The translations under genes were made by a program, and so were the position numbers. The notes beneath the pieces are model-generated. The model saw only the letters and a program-made list of their open reading frames with translations. It did not search any database and was not told the DNA's origin. DNA of 64,000 bases from an uncultured Bacillota bacterium (GTDB lineage Bacteria > Sysuimicrobiota > Sysuimicrobiia > Sysuimicrobiales > Segetimicrobiaceae): positions 1,088,001 through 1,152,000 of the forward strand of contig CAWDRG010000009.1 in the NCBI GenBank assembly GCA_963804645.1, read 5' to 3'. Positions 17,867 through 27,872 of this stretch are shown here, piece by piece. Each line of letters opens with the position of its first letter. Position 1 is the stretch's first letter.

Positions 17867-19180
17867 ATGGGGTACGAGTCACTGGCCGGCGATCTCTCGC
17901 TCGTGCTGACGGGCGAATCGCTGATCACGCGGGCGCTCTCGCCGTTCCGGGAGGACGGTTTCCTGCGGCTGATCGAGCTGCTGCGCGCGGGCGATGTGAC
18001 GTTCACCGACGCCGAGATGCTGTTCCACGACTACGAAGGCTGCCCCGGCGTGGCCCACACCGGTACGTGGATGCGGGCCGATCCCAGCCTGATCGATGAG
18101 CTCAAATGGGCCGGCATCGACCTGTGCGCGACCGCGATGAACCACGCCTACGATTTCGGCGAAACCGGCGTCCTGGTCAACATCGCCAACTTGAAGAAGC
18201 ACGGCATGGTCTACGCCGGCACCGGCGAGAACCTCGCGCTGGCGCGGGCCCCCGGGTACCTCGACACGCCGAAGGGGCGCGTGGCGCTCGTCGCCGCCTG
18301 CGACACGATGCGGGTCCAGGGCGCCAAGGCGGTCGATCAGCGGCCGGACATGAAGGGAAAGCCCGGCGTCAACCTGATCGCTGCGGAGCGCGAGTACACC
18401 GTGGACCACCAGGCGTTCGCGGACCTGACGCGCATCGGCGCGGCGATGGGGTTCGGCGCGGCGGCGCGCGGCTCCGGCGGCGGGGGCGTGTACCGGTTCG
18501 GATCGGGTGCGGTGCGGATGACGATCCGGGAGGGCGATCGGTTCGGCGTGACCACGCTCCTGGACGAGCGGGATCTCGCGGACAACATGAAATGGATCCG
18601 TGAGGCCCGCAAACTGGCCGACTGGGTGCTGTACAGCTTCCACAGCGGGTTCCACGGGGCGGCGTTTGAAGACCCGGCCGACCACGTCGTGGCGCTGGCG
18701 CACGCCGCGATCGATGCGGGGGCGGACGTGTTCGTCGGACACGGCTCGCACTCGGACAAGGGCATCGAGCTTTACCAGGGGAAGCCGATCTTCTACAGCC
18801 TGGGCGACTTCATTCTCCAGAACGACACGGTCCTACGCCAGCCCGCGGACGCTTACGCCCTGTTCGGGCTCGGGGCCGACGCCACCCCGGGCGAGTTCTA
18901 CGACGCGCGAAGCGGCACGCAAACGCGGGGCCAGGACGTGAAGGCGGTCTACTGGCAGACGGCGGTCGCGACGGTGCGGTGGCGGGATCACCGCCTCGAG
19001 GAGATCCGGCTCACCCCCGTCGATCTCGGCATGGGGCTGCCGCGGGGGCAGCGCGGGCGTCCGATGCCGGCGGAGCCGCCGCTCGCGGGCGAGATTCTCG
19101 CACGGTTTCAGCGCATGTCCGCGCCGTTCGGCACGCGGATCGAGATCGCGGGAGACTGCGGCGTCATCACGGCGGGCTGA
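17867..19180 (+). CDS. CapA/PgsA-family metallophosphoesterase-fold hydrolase, cytoplasmic
   Basis: AMNHAYDFG, AGTGENLALARAP, SFH, AHAAIDAGADVFVGHGSH and GIELYQGKPIFYSLGDF. No signal peptide. Confidence 0.85.
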   Translation: MGYESLAGDLSLVLTGESLITRALSPFREDGFLRLIELLRAGDVTFTDAEMLFHDYEGCPGVAHTGTWMRADPSLIDELKWAGIDLCATAMNHAYDFGETGVLVNIANLKKHGMVYAGTGENLALARAPGYLDTPKGRVALVAACDTMRVQGAKAVDQRPDMKGKPGVNLIAAEREYTVDHQAFADLTRIGAAMGFGAAARGSGGGGVYRFGSGAVRMTIREGDRFGVTTLLDERDLADNMKWIREARKLADWVLYSFHSGFHGAAFEDPADHVVALAHAAIDAGADVFVGHGSHSDKGIELYQGKPIFYSLGDFILQNDTVLRQPADAYALFGLGADATPGEFYDARSGTQTRGQDVKAVYWQTAVATVRWRDHRLEEIRLTPVDLGMGLPRGQRGRPMPAEPPLAGEILARFQRMSAPFGTRIEIAGDCGVITAG

Positions 19181-19232
19181 GCGCGCCGGACACGGCGCCG
19201 TGGAGACCGCGGCGCGCGTTTGGGGGGTTGAT

Positions 19233-20006
19233 ATGGCCATTCGGGTGGAGCGGCACGAGCACATCGCCGTGGTGTGCATCGAGCGTCCGGAGGTGCTGAA
19301 CGCGATCGATGCCGTGGACCGAGCCGCGCTTCGGGCCGCATGGGACCTCGTGCGCGCCGACGAGACGATCTGGGTGGCGGTGCTGACCGGGGCCGGGGAC
19401 AAGGCGTTCTGCGCCGGGAACGACCTCCGCAACCCACCGCCCGAGCCGGAGCAGTTCGTCGCCGGCTATCTCGCCGCGGGTCGCGAGAGCATCATCGCGG
19501 GGATGGACATGACCAAGCCGCTGATCGCCGCGGTGAACGGGTACGCGCTCGGGGGCGGGTTGGAGCTCGCCCTCGCGTGCGACATCCGGATCTGCACGCC
19601 GAACGCGCAGTTCGGAGCGGTGGAGGTGAAGACCGGCACGATGGCGGCCGCGGGCTCGACGCAGCGGCTGCCGCGGATCGTCCCGCACGCCGTGGCGATG
19701 CAGATGCTGTTGACCGGAGACCGCCTGACCGCCGACGAGGCGCTGCGCAGCGGGCTCGTGACCGAGATCGTCCCGCAGGAGCGGCTGCGGCTCCGGGCGC
19801 TCGAACTCGGCGCCAGGATCTGCCAGAACGGACCGCTGGCGGTGCGGGCCACCAAGTTCGCCGCGACGCGGGGGATCAACATGCCGCTTGGGGAAGGCAT
19901 GGTCCTCGAGACGCTGCTCTGGGGCCTGCTGCGGGACACCGAAGACCGCCGGGAAGGCCGTCAGGCGTTCATCGACAAGCGGCCGCCGCGGTTCAAGGGC
20001 CGGTAG
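19233..20006 (+). CDS. Enoyl-CoA hydratase/isomerase (canonical, both catalytic Glu present)
   Basis: AFCAGNDL, AAVNGYALGGGLELALACD, FGAVEV and EGRQAFIDKRPPRFKGR. Confidence 0.92.
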   Translation: MAIRVERHEHIAVVCIERPEVLNAIDAVDRAALRAAWDLVRADETIWVAVLTGAGDKAFCAGNDLRNPPPEPEQFVAGYLAAGRESIIAGMDMTKPLIAAVNGYALGGGLELALACDIRICTPNAQFGAVEVKTGTMAAAGSTQRLPRIVPHAVAMQMLLTGDRLTADEALRSGLVTEIVPQERLRLRALELGARICQNGPLAVRATKFAATRGINMPLGEGMVLETLLWGLLRDTEDRREGRQAFIDKRPPRFKGR

Positions 20007-20019
20007 GAGGTTCGTCCGG

Positions 20020-20997
20020 ATGCACGTGCTGACGGGCGAGCACGCGATCGCCGAACTCGACCCGCCGCTGCGCGCCATCGATCCGACCGTCCGCCTGAGC
20101 CCGATCGGTCCGGACGGCGAGCTCGACGGCGACGTCTCGGACGTCGAGGTGCTCTTCCGATTCTTTCCCGGTGAACGCTTCCCGCTCGGCGCGTTGGGGG
20201 GAGATGCGCTGGGCCGGGCGCTCGCGCGTCTGCCGCGGCTCCGATGGATCCACACGGGCGGCGCGGGCGCGGACGGCCTCTTGATCCCGGAGGTGCTCGC
20301 CCGCGATCTGGTGCTGACGAGCTCGACCGGTCTGAACGCGGTCCCCGTGGCCGAGACCGCCGTCGCGCTCCTGCTCGCTCTCGCCAAGCGGCTGCCCGCG
20401 CACCTGGGGGATCAGCGCCAGCGGCGCTGGCAGCGCCATCAGAAGCTCGAACTCGACGGGATGACGGTGCTGATCGTCGGGCTCGGGCGGATCGGGACCG
20501 AGGTGGCGCGCCGATGCGCGGCGTTTGGCATGCGCGTCATCGGGGTGCGCACCCGACGCGGCGCGGAACCCGGTGTGGAGCGGATCGTCGGGCCGGACGG
20601 GCTGATGGCGGCGCTCGGGGAGGCCGACTGGGTGGTCCTCACGGTCGCGCTTACGGACCAGACGCGCGGTCTCATCGGACGCGCGGCGTTCGAGGCCATG
20701 AAGCCCGGTGTGATGCTGATCAACGTCGCGCGCGGCGCGCTCGTCGACGAGCCGGCGCTCTGCGATGCGCTCCGGTCCGGGCGCGTGGGCGGGGCCGCGC
20801 TCGATGTCTTCACGACCGAGCCCCTGCCGCAGACCAGCCCGCTGTACGATTTTCCGAACGTCATGCTCCTGCCGCACAATGCGGCGTCATCGCCGCACAC
20901 GCGCCGCCGGGCGCTCGGACTCTTTGTCGACAACTTTCGGCGCTTCCTCAGCGGCGCGCCGATGCGCAATCAAATCGATCCGCGGCGCGGGTACTGA
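20020..20997 (+). CDS. D-2-hydroxyacid dehydrogenase
   Basis: GLGRIG, LINVARG, AALDVFTTEPLP and LLPHNA. AGGAGG RBS. Confidence 0.92.
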   Translation: MHVLTGEHAIAELDPPLRAIDPTVRLSPIGPDGELDGDVSDVEVLFRFFPGERFPLGALGGDALGRALARLPRLRWIHTGGAGADGLLIPEVLARDLVLTSSTGLNAVPVAETAVALLLALAKRLPAHLGDQRQRRWQRHQKLELDGMTVLIVGLGRIGTEVARRCAAFGMRVIGVRTRRGAEPGVERIVGPDGLMAALGEADWVVLTVALTDQTRGLIGRAAFEAMKPGVMLINVARGALVDEPALCDALRSGRVGGAALDVFTTEPLPQTSPLYDFPNVMLLPHNAASSPHTRRRALGLFVDNFRRFLSGAPMRNQIDPRRGY

Positions 20998-21581
20998 CCG
21001 CCGCGCCGCGCGGATCGAGAGGCGCGACGCGCGCACTCCGAAACTACGCAGGCGCGCCACGATGCCACGCTCGTGCCGGACGAGCACGAGGGAAGGCGGG
21101 GCGAGAGGAGGGGAGGAAGGGGGGGGGGGGGGGGGGGAGGAGAGAAGGAAGGAGAGAGGAGGAGGGAGAGAGGGGGGGGCCTCCGGGTGAGGCTGCTCAG
21201 CGGGGCGCCTTCGCGCGCAGTTCATCCGGCGCGCGCGCCGGATGGGTGCAGACGGAAAGGGGGGCTAGAGGGTGGGGGCGACGAGTAGGGAGGGGGCCGG
21301 GGGAAGGGCCGCGGGGGGGGCGAGCGGGGAGCGGCGGACGCACACGCGAGTAAAGAAGGACGCGCGCCGCGAGCGACACGCGGCGGCCAGAGAGACGCCG
21401 CCGCGCGTCTCAGCGGAATAGGCCGCGGAACGCGCCGCCTAACGCCGCGAAGCTGTTCGAAGATACTACATGAGCCGTCGGGGCAGAGTTTCTGGTGGCA
21501 GGCGGCAACGTGACGTTCCGCTCCGGCGGACGCGACGGCAGTAATCAGATGGTAGTGGCGCCGACCGAGAGTATGGCGTAG

Positions 21582-22375
21582 GTGGGCGCTCGCGCGGATG
21601 CGAATCGTCAGAGTGGCGCGGATGTGGAGGGGAACCGGCATCGCGTGGGGGCCGCCGTGGGTGATGCGACGCTCGTCCTGCTGCACCCGGTCGGCCTCGA
21701 CGCGGCATGCTGGCAGTTCCTGGACCTGACATCGCCGGTGGTGCCGGAGTTCCCTGGGCACGGGGCCCGCCCCGGCCCGAGGCGAGCTGGACGCTGGACG
21801 ACGCCGCGGACGAGGTCGCGGCGTCCGTGGAGGGACCGCTCGACGTCGTCGGGGTATCGATGGGCGGGATGGTGGCCCAGCACCTCGCGCTGCGGCACCC
21901 CGGCCGCGTGCGCTCGTTGGTGCTGGCATGTACCTCGGCGCGCGCGCACAGGGCGGCTACGTTGGAACGAGCCGATGCGATCGCGCGCGGCGGGATCGAG
22001 AGCGTGCTGGACTCGACGCTCGCCCGCTGGTTCACTCCCTCGACGCTCGCCGAGCCCCATCACGTGGGGGTGGCGTACGCGCGGCAGCGCCTACGGACGG
22101 ACGATCCGGTGACGTTCGCGCAGACGTGGCGCGCGATGGCCGAGCACGACGTGGTCGAGCGCCTCGGGCGAATCGTCGTGCCGGTGACGGTGATCGCCGG
22201 TGCGCACGACACGGCGTCGCCGGTCGAGCAGCGGCGTGCGGTGCAGCGGAGCCTGCCGAACAGCCGGATGGAGGTCCTCGACGGTCCGCACATGCTGCAG
22301 TTGGAGGTTCCGCAGGTCTTTTCGGACGCGATCCGCCGCCATCTGCGGTGGGTCGTCCGCGGCGGGACGGGCTGA
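21582..22375 (+). CDS. Alpha/beta hydrolase, PcaD (enol-lactonase)-like; frameshift near 21770
   Basis: LVLLHPVG...FPGHG in one frame, then GVSMGG, LARWFT, IAGAHD and GPHML in the next. Start codon uncertain. Confidence 0.78.
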
Positions 22376-22399
22376 GAGGCTTCGAACACAGATAGAGCG

Positions 22400-23420
22400 G
22401 AGAAGCTCAACTGTCGGCCGGTAGGTCTGACCGGCATCGGCCGCCGCTGCTGCGCAGGCGCACGCATTCCACTCGGCACGATGGGCCGTCCGGTTTCGGT
22501 CGCTTCGAGGCATGCGCTTGATCGACGCGTCGTGGCGCGTGCGCGCCGACCGCGTGGTCGCGCCGACGCCGCCACCGAGGTGTCGTCCGAGGCACGGTAG
22601 TGCGGGAGGTGAGTCCACGCTGACTGACGGCGCGTGTGGCGGCTAGTGCGGGCCGGCGTGGCGAGGCCGGGCGTCGGCCGCGGGAGGCCGACCGATGAGC
22701 GCGGCATCGAGGGCCGATTGTGCGGTTGGCCGAGGTGCCGGCCGAGGCGCCGTCCCGGCGGCGCGGGAACCGGCTTACGTGTTGCGCGGCCGGGGTCTGA
22801 GACGCGGTGGATGCGCGTGACGCTGTGCCGGCTGGATCCGGCGGACGGTCGACGTCCGTGACGTGCCGGGGGCCGGCGCCGAGTACGTCTAATACTCCAG
22901 GGCGCGTCCGCGTGCGCCGGACGCGAGGACGACCTGATCCGACACGGCGGCTCCATGCGGAGCGCGTCACGATCCGCGCGGTAAGCGCCGGCGGCGTGCA
23001 CGTCCTCCGGTGGATGCCGGTGCCGCGGAGATGCCGTCGAACGCCGACGGCCGCCCGCCGGCGCCGCCGCGGTCCGCGGCTCGGCGCGCCGAGACCGGAG
23101 CGAACCGGCGTCACCGGCCACATCAACATGAGCGCGTACCGCTTCGCGCGCGCGGGGCAGACCACGCGCTGGCGCACGCGACGCTCGATGTCCTCCGGGA
23201 GGGCGGCGGCACAACCTGCACTACCACGAGGGGATCGATGCGACCAGCCTACATCTGTCCGAGGGACGGTCGAGGCGCAGGTGGCCGGCCGGACGTACCG
23301 CGAGATCGGACCGCACTCGCTGATGGTGTCGAGTCGAAGATCCGCACGGCTCGCGTCGTGGGCGCAGGGGGCGCGAGTGTTGCGGCTGGGCGCGAGCGTC
23401 GGGCGGGACAGGGGGGAGTG
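22400..23420 (-). pseudogene. Possible amidohydrolase (cytosine deaminase-like), heavily corrupted
   Basis: Fragments in different frames, LPEDIERRVR and EAVRAHVDVAG, resemble the EDIxxR / RxHVDV elements of this family. No intact ORF. Confidence 0.3.
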
Positions 23421-23506
23421 GTGCGTGGGGTGTGAGGGAGGGAGGGGGGGGGGGGGGGGGGGGAGGTGGGGGGGGCGTAGGGTGTGGCCCGCAGAGGAGG
23501 TGTAGC

Positions 23507-24895
23507 GTGGAGGAGACGCGTCAGCTCGCACGGTTTGCGTCCCGGACACAGTATGAGGATCTGCCTCCGGATCTGGTGGCGCAGGCAAAGATCTACATCC
23601 TCGATAACCTCGCCGCCGGGTTGGTGGGGAGCCGGCAGCCGTGGGCGCAGATTGTCATCGGGCTCGTCCGGGATCTCGGGGGCCGCGGGGAGGCCTCCGC
23701 GTTCTGCCAGGCGTGGCAGACGGACGTATCGCGCGCGGCGCTGCTCAACGGCACGATGATCGGGGCGTTCGAGATCGAACACATCGGACACAGCGCGCAC
23801 GCGAGCGGGACCGCGTTCCCGCCGGCGCTCGCCGTGGCCGAGCGCGATCATCGGGACGGCCGGGCGCTCATCACCGCCACACTGGTCGGGTACGAAGTGG
23901 TGTGCCGGATCGGCGCGGCCCAGACCGGCGCGGTCGAGCGCGACCGCGGGTTTCACAATCCCGGCGCGAACGGCCCGTTCGGCGCGGCGGCCGCGGTCGG
24001 CAGCCTGCTCGGGCTCGACGAGACGCGGATGGCCTGGGCGCTCGGGATCGCCGGGTCGAGCGGCGGCGGGCTCACCGAGTTCGTCTGGGAAGGGGCCATG
24101 ACCAAGCGCATCCACCTCGGGCGGGCAGCCCAGCTCGGGCTGGAGAGCGCCCTGCTGGCGGCGCGCGGGTTCACCGGCCCGACCACCGTCCTCGAGGGGC
24201 CGTACGGGTACTTTCACGCGTTCTCGCCGCGCCCCGCGGTCGAGAAGCTGCTCCCGGGGTTGGGGCACGAGTGGCTCTCTCGGCGGCTGACCGTCAAGGC
24301 GTACCCCAGCCACGCGACGACCCAGGCGATCGTGCACGCGGTCCGCGTGTACAAGGACACACACCCGGTTGACCTCTCGACGCTGACCCGCGTCTCCGTC
24401 ACCTCGGGCGGACGGGTCGTGGAGCCGCGGCACTTTGATCGGGCGCCCACCTCCATTCTGGGTGCGCAGTACAGCGTGCCGTACGCGCTGGCCGTCGCGC
24501 TCGTCCGCGACATGTCCAATCCGTTGGTGTTCGGCGTGGACGTACTCGAGGACCCGGCGATCCGCGGCCTCGCGGCCAAGATCGAGGCGCACGAGGACAA
24601 CGAGCGGTTCGGTGACGACCACCATGGGTACGTGTCGGAGATCACGCTTGAGTTCGGTGACAGATCCGTGCGCCTGCTGGCGGATGGATTCCCGGGGGCG
24701 CTCGCGCAGCCGCTCGACTTCGCCGGGATCACCGAGAAGTTTACGCGGTTCGCGACGCCGGTGATCGGACGCGCCCCGGCCGCGGCGATCGTCGAGCGGG
24801 TCGCCGATCTGGAGCGCCTGGGCGACGCGGCCGACCTGGCGGCGCTGCTGCGGGCGCCGCATGTTCCGATCGGACACAGGGGTGACCGGGGATGA
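23507..24895 (+). CDS. MmgE/PrpD family protein, copy 1 (divergent type)
   Basis: AALLNG, HASG..FPPALA, GYEV, GFHNPG, TKRIHLGRAA, AARGFTGP and KAYPS. GAGGAGG RBS before GTG. Confidence 0.92.
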   Translation: MEETRQLARFASRTQYEDLPPDLVAQAKIYILDNLAAGLVGSRQPWAQIVIGLVRDLGGRGEASAFCQAWQTDVSRAALLNGTMIGAFEIEHIGHSAHASGTAFPPALAVAERDHRDGRALITATLVGYEVVCRIGAAQTGAVERDRGFHNPGANGPFGAAAAVGSLLGLDETRMAWALGIAGSSGGGLTEFVWEGAMTKRIHLGRAAQLGLESALLAARGFTGPTTVLEGPYGYFHAFSPRPAVEKLLPGLGHEWLSRRLTVKAYPSHATTQAIVHAVRVYKDTHPVDLSTLTRVSVTSGGRVVEPRHFDRAPTSILGAQYSVPYALAVALVRDMSNPLVFGVDVLEDPAIRGLAAKIEAHEDNERFGDDHHGYVSEITLEFGDRSVRLLADGFPGALAQPLDFAGITEKFTRFATPVIGRAPAAAIVERVADLERLGDAADLAALLRAPHVPIGHRGDRG

Positions 24896-26215
24896 CGGGA
24901 CAGGCCTACACAGCACGGGCGGAGGGCCCGGGCGCTGGTAGAGGACTTGGGGCGGTGGTGGGGAGCGAGCTGATGGTGCTGGACAGCGTGGGGTGGGGCT
25001 CTTGGGAGCGGGGCTGGTGGTCGGTGGGCTGCGGGCGGCGCTGGAAGGGGTGGAAGCGCGGGAGACGTGAGCGTGTGGGAGGGATGAAGCTGTCGGCGCG
25101 AGCGCGGCGCTGGCGAACGGGACGGCGGTGCACGGGTTCGAGTTGGATGATGTGGGGGTGGGGGGTCATAACGGGTCGGTGGTGCTGACGGCGGGGCTGG
25201 GGCTGGCGGAGCACCGGGGCGGGGTGACGGGGAAAGAGCTGCTGGCGGCGGTGGTGGCGGGGGTCGAGACGGCGAGCCGGGTGCAGAACTGCATCGGGCG
25301 GGCGCCGCACGTGAAGATGGGATTTCACGGGCCGAGCGTGATCGGGACGTTCGCGGCGACGGCGGCGGCGAGCCGGGTGCTGGGGCTGAGCGGGGCGCGG
25401 TGACGGACGCGCTGGGGCACGCGGGGCAGCAGACGGCGGCTATGGCGGTGCAGCACGGGGGATGGGGAAGCGGCTCTTGGCGGGGAAGGCGGCGCAGAGC
25501 GGGACGCTGGCGGCGGTGCTGGCGGAGGCGGGGTTCACGAACGTGCGGGACATTTTCGAATGCGAGTACGGGGGATTCTGTTCGGCGTTCAGCGGGGGGC
25601 AGCGGACGTACACGCTGGAGGAGTGGTGAGCGGGCTGGGGACGCGGTGGGACACGCCGGGGGTGAACCGAGATGGGGCGTGCCGGGTGCCGATCCACCCG
25701 GCGCTGGAGGCGCTGCGGGGGCTGCAACGGGAGCACGGGGTGCGGGCGGAGCAGGTGGCGCGGATGCGGGTGTGGCTGGACGAGGGGGCGTACAAGGCGG
25801 TGGGGTTCGGGTGGGAGCCGACGACGGTGACGTCGGCGCAGATGAACTTGCAGTACTGCGCGGCGCAGCTGCTGCTGGAGGGGGACGTGTTCGTGGACCA
25901 GTTCACGGACGCGAAGCTGGCGGCGGTGTTGGATATGGTGCGCCATGAACGATTCACGACACGTCGATGGACCCGCTGCACCGGACTTCCGAGCGCAAGG
26001 TGCGGATGGAAATACAGCTGCGGACGGACGGACGGTCGAGACGACGGCCATGACGCGGGGAGGTCCGGAGAACCCGCTCGGGCCGGCGGACGTCATCGAG
26101 AAGTTTCGCAAGATCGGCCGCCGCTGTCTGTCTCCAACCGTCAGGACCAGTTTCTCACTGTCGACGATGAGGGGGAGTGGGGGGGGGGGCGGCCCACATG
26201 GGTAATCGCCTCGCG
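24892..26215 (+). pseudogene. MmgE/PrpD family protein, copy 2 (many frameshifts; close paralogue of 39951-41322)
   Basis: VHGFELDDVGVGGHNGSVV, KMGFHGPSVIGTF, ACRVPIHPALEAL, EPTTVTSAQMNLQYC and RGGPENP are spread over several frames. Confidence 0.8.
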
Positions 26216-26277
26216 GCCGGCGAAGCGGGACGCGCAGGACGGGCACGCGATGCCAGAAACGTGGGGGACCCGAACGG

Positions 26278-27429
26278 ATGAATCCGGCATCGGTGGATCT
26301 TCGCGATAAAACGGCGATCGTGGGCATCGGAGCGACGAAGTTCGACGCGATGTACCGGGATCTCGATCCGGAACGGTCCCCGTACGAGCTCGCCGCGGAG
26401 GCGTTCCGGAAGGCGCTCGAGGACTCGGGGTTGGAGAAGCGGGAGATCGATGGGCTGATCTGCGTGCGCGTCCCCTCGTACCAGCGCATGGCCGACGTGC
26501 TGGGCCTGCCGCGGCTCCGTCTCGTCAACGTGCTCGAAGGCGCCGGCCGGATGGCCGGGGCGGCCCTGCAGTACGCGGTGATGGCGGTCGCGACGGGCCA
26601 GGCCCAGACCGTCGCAGTCGTGTACGGGAACAACGGGCGCTCTGCGGGCGCGCGCTACGGCGGCGCCGTCGATCCGAACGCGACGACCGCATACGACGCG
26701 ATGTACGGAATGACGTCGCCGGGCGCGTACGTGGCGATGATGTTCCGGCGCCACCAGTACGAATACGGTACGACCGAGGACGCGCTGGCGGCGCTCGCGA
26801 TCAACAACCGCAAGAACGGCGCCTTGAACCCCGATGCGGTCTTTCAGAAGCCGATCACGCGCGACGAGTACTTCGCGGGGCGCTACGTGGCGGAGCCGCT
26901 CAGGCTCTACGACTACTGCCTGATCAACGACGGCGGGGTGGCCTTCATCGTGACCTCCGCCGACCGCGCCAAGGGGCTGCGGCACCCGCCGGCGTACATC
27001 GCGGCGACATACGCGGCGACCGAGCTGACCAACTTCTACACGGTGCGGGACTGCTTCTACGGCGCGTGCCAGGACATCGCGCAGCGACTCTACCCGGCGG
27101 CCGGCGTCGGGCCCCGCGACATCGACTGCGCGCAGATCTACGACAATTTCACGCCGACGATACTGTTCAGCCTGGAGGGGTTCGGGTTCTGCCCGCGCGG
27201 GGAAAGCGGCGCGTGGGTGCAGGGCGGCCGGATTGAGCGGGGCGGGGAGCTACCGATCAACACCGGCGGCGGCCACACGTCCGAGAGCTACATGCAGGGG
27301 TTCGCGCTGACGATCGAGGCCGTGCGGCAGATTCGGGGCGAGGCAGGCCCCCGTCAGGTGGCGAACTGCGAGGTCGTCCAGTACATCTGCGTCGCGCCGA
27401 TCTGCAACTCGCACATCCTGCACCGGTAG
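26278..27429 (+). CDS. Thiolase-fold protein, Ltp2/SCP-x aldolase-like
   Basis: AIVGIG, PLRLYDYCLINDGG, QIYDNFT and INTGGGHTSESY. No catalytic Cys in the expected EGAG segment. Confidence 0.88.
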   Translation: MNPASVDLRDKTAIVGIGATKFDAMYRDLDPERSPYELAAEAFRKALEDSGLEKREIDGLICVRVPSYQRMADVLGLPRLRLVNVLEGAGRMAGAALQYAVMAVATGQAQTVAVVYGNNGRSAGARYGGAVDPNATTAYDAMYGMTSPGAYVAMMFRRHQYEYGTTEDALAALAINNRKNGALNPDAVFQKPITRDEYFAGRYVAEPLRLYDYCLINDGGVAFIVTSADRAKGLRHPPAYIAATYAATELTNFYTVRDCFYGACQDIAQRLYPAAGVGPRDIDCAQIYDNFTPTILFSLEGFGFCPRGESGAWVQGGRIERGGELPINTGGGHTSESYMQGFALTIEAVRQIRGEAGPRQVANCEVVQYICVAPICNSHILHR

Positions 27430-27447
27430 CGGCCAAAGGAGCGGAGC

Positions 27448-27861
27448 ATGGACACGCCGGCCTACTCGAAACCACTACCCGTGTTGACGAAGCTGAACGC
27501 GCCGTTCTGGGAAGGGACGAAGCGCGGCGAGCTCCGGCTCCAGCGCTGCCTGGCGTGCGGGCACGTCTGGTTTCCCCCGTCCACGCACTGCGCGCGGTGT
27601 CTCGCCACGACCTACGAGTGGATAACGGTCTCGGGCCGGGGCAAGGTCTGGTCGTGGATCGTGATGCACCAGCGGTATTTCAAGGCGTTTGATGCCGACC
27701 TGCCGTACATCGTCGCGATGATCGAGCTCGCGGAAGGCCCGATGCTGATGAGCACGCTCGTCGGCATTTCGAAGGCGGAGATTCACTGCGATCTTCCAGT
27801 CAGGGTCGTCTTCGAAGACGCGACGGACGATATGGCCGTGCCGAAATTCACCTCGGGATAG
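27448..27861 (+). CDS. DUF35 Zn-ribbon/OB-fold protein
   Basis: PFWEG..LQRCLACG..FPP..CARC, SGRGKVWSW, PYIVAMIELAEGP and PKF. Confidence 0.93.
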   Translation: MDTPAYSKPLPVLTKLNAPFWEGTKRGELRLQRCLACGHVWFPPSTHCARCLATTYEWITVSGRGKVWSWIVMHQRYFKAFDADLPYIVAMIELAEGPMLMSTLVGISKAEIHCDLPVRVVFEDATDDMAVPKFTSG

Positions 27862-27872
27862 GGCGCGCTCCG

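Noticed and set aside
21118..21180. Poly-G tracts (also ~23445-23475 and ~26179-26190) as phase-variation or G-quadruplex elements
   Set aside because: They sit within visibly garbled sequence and are most likely base-calling artefacts.
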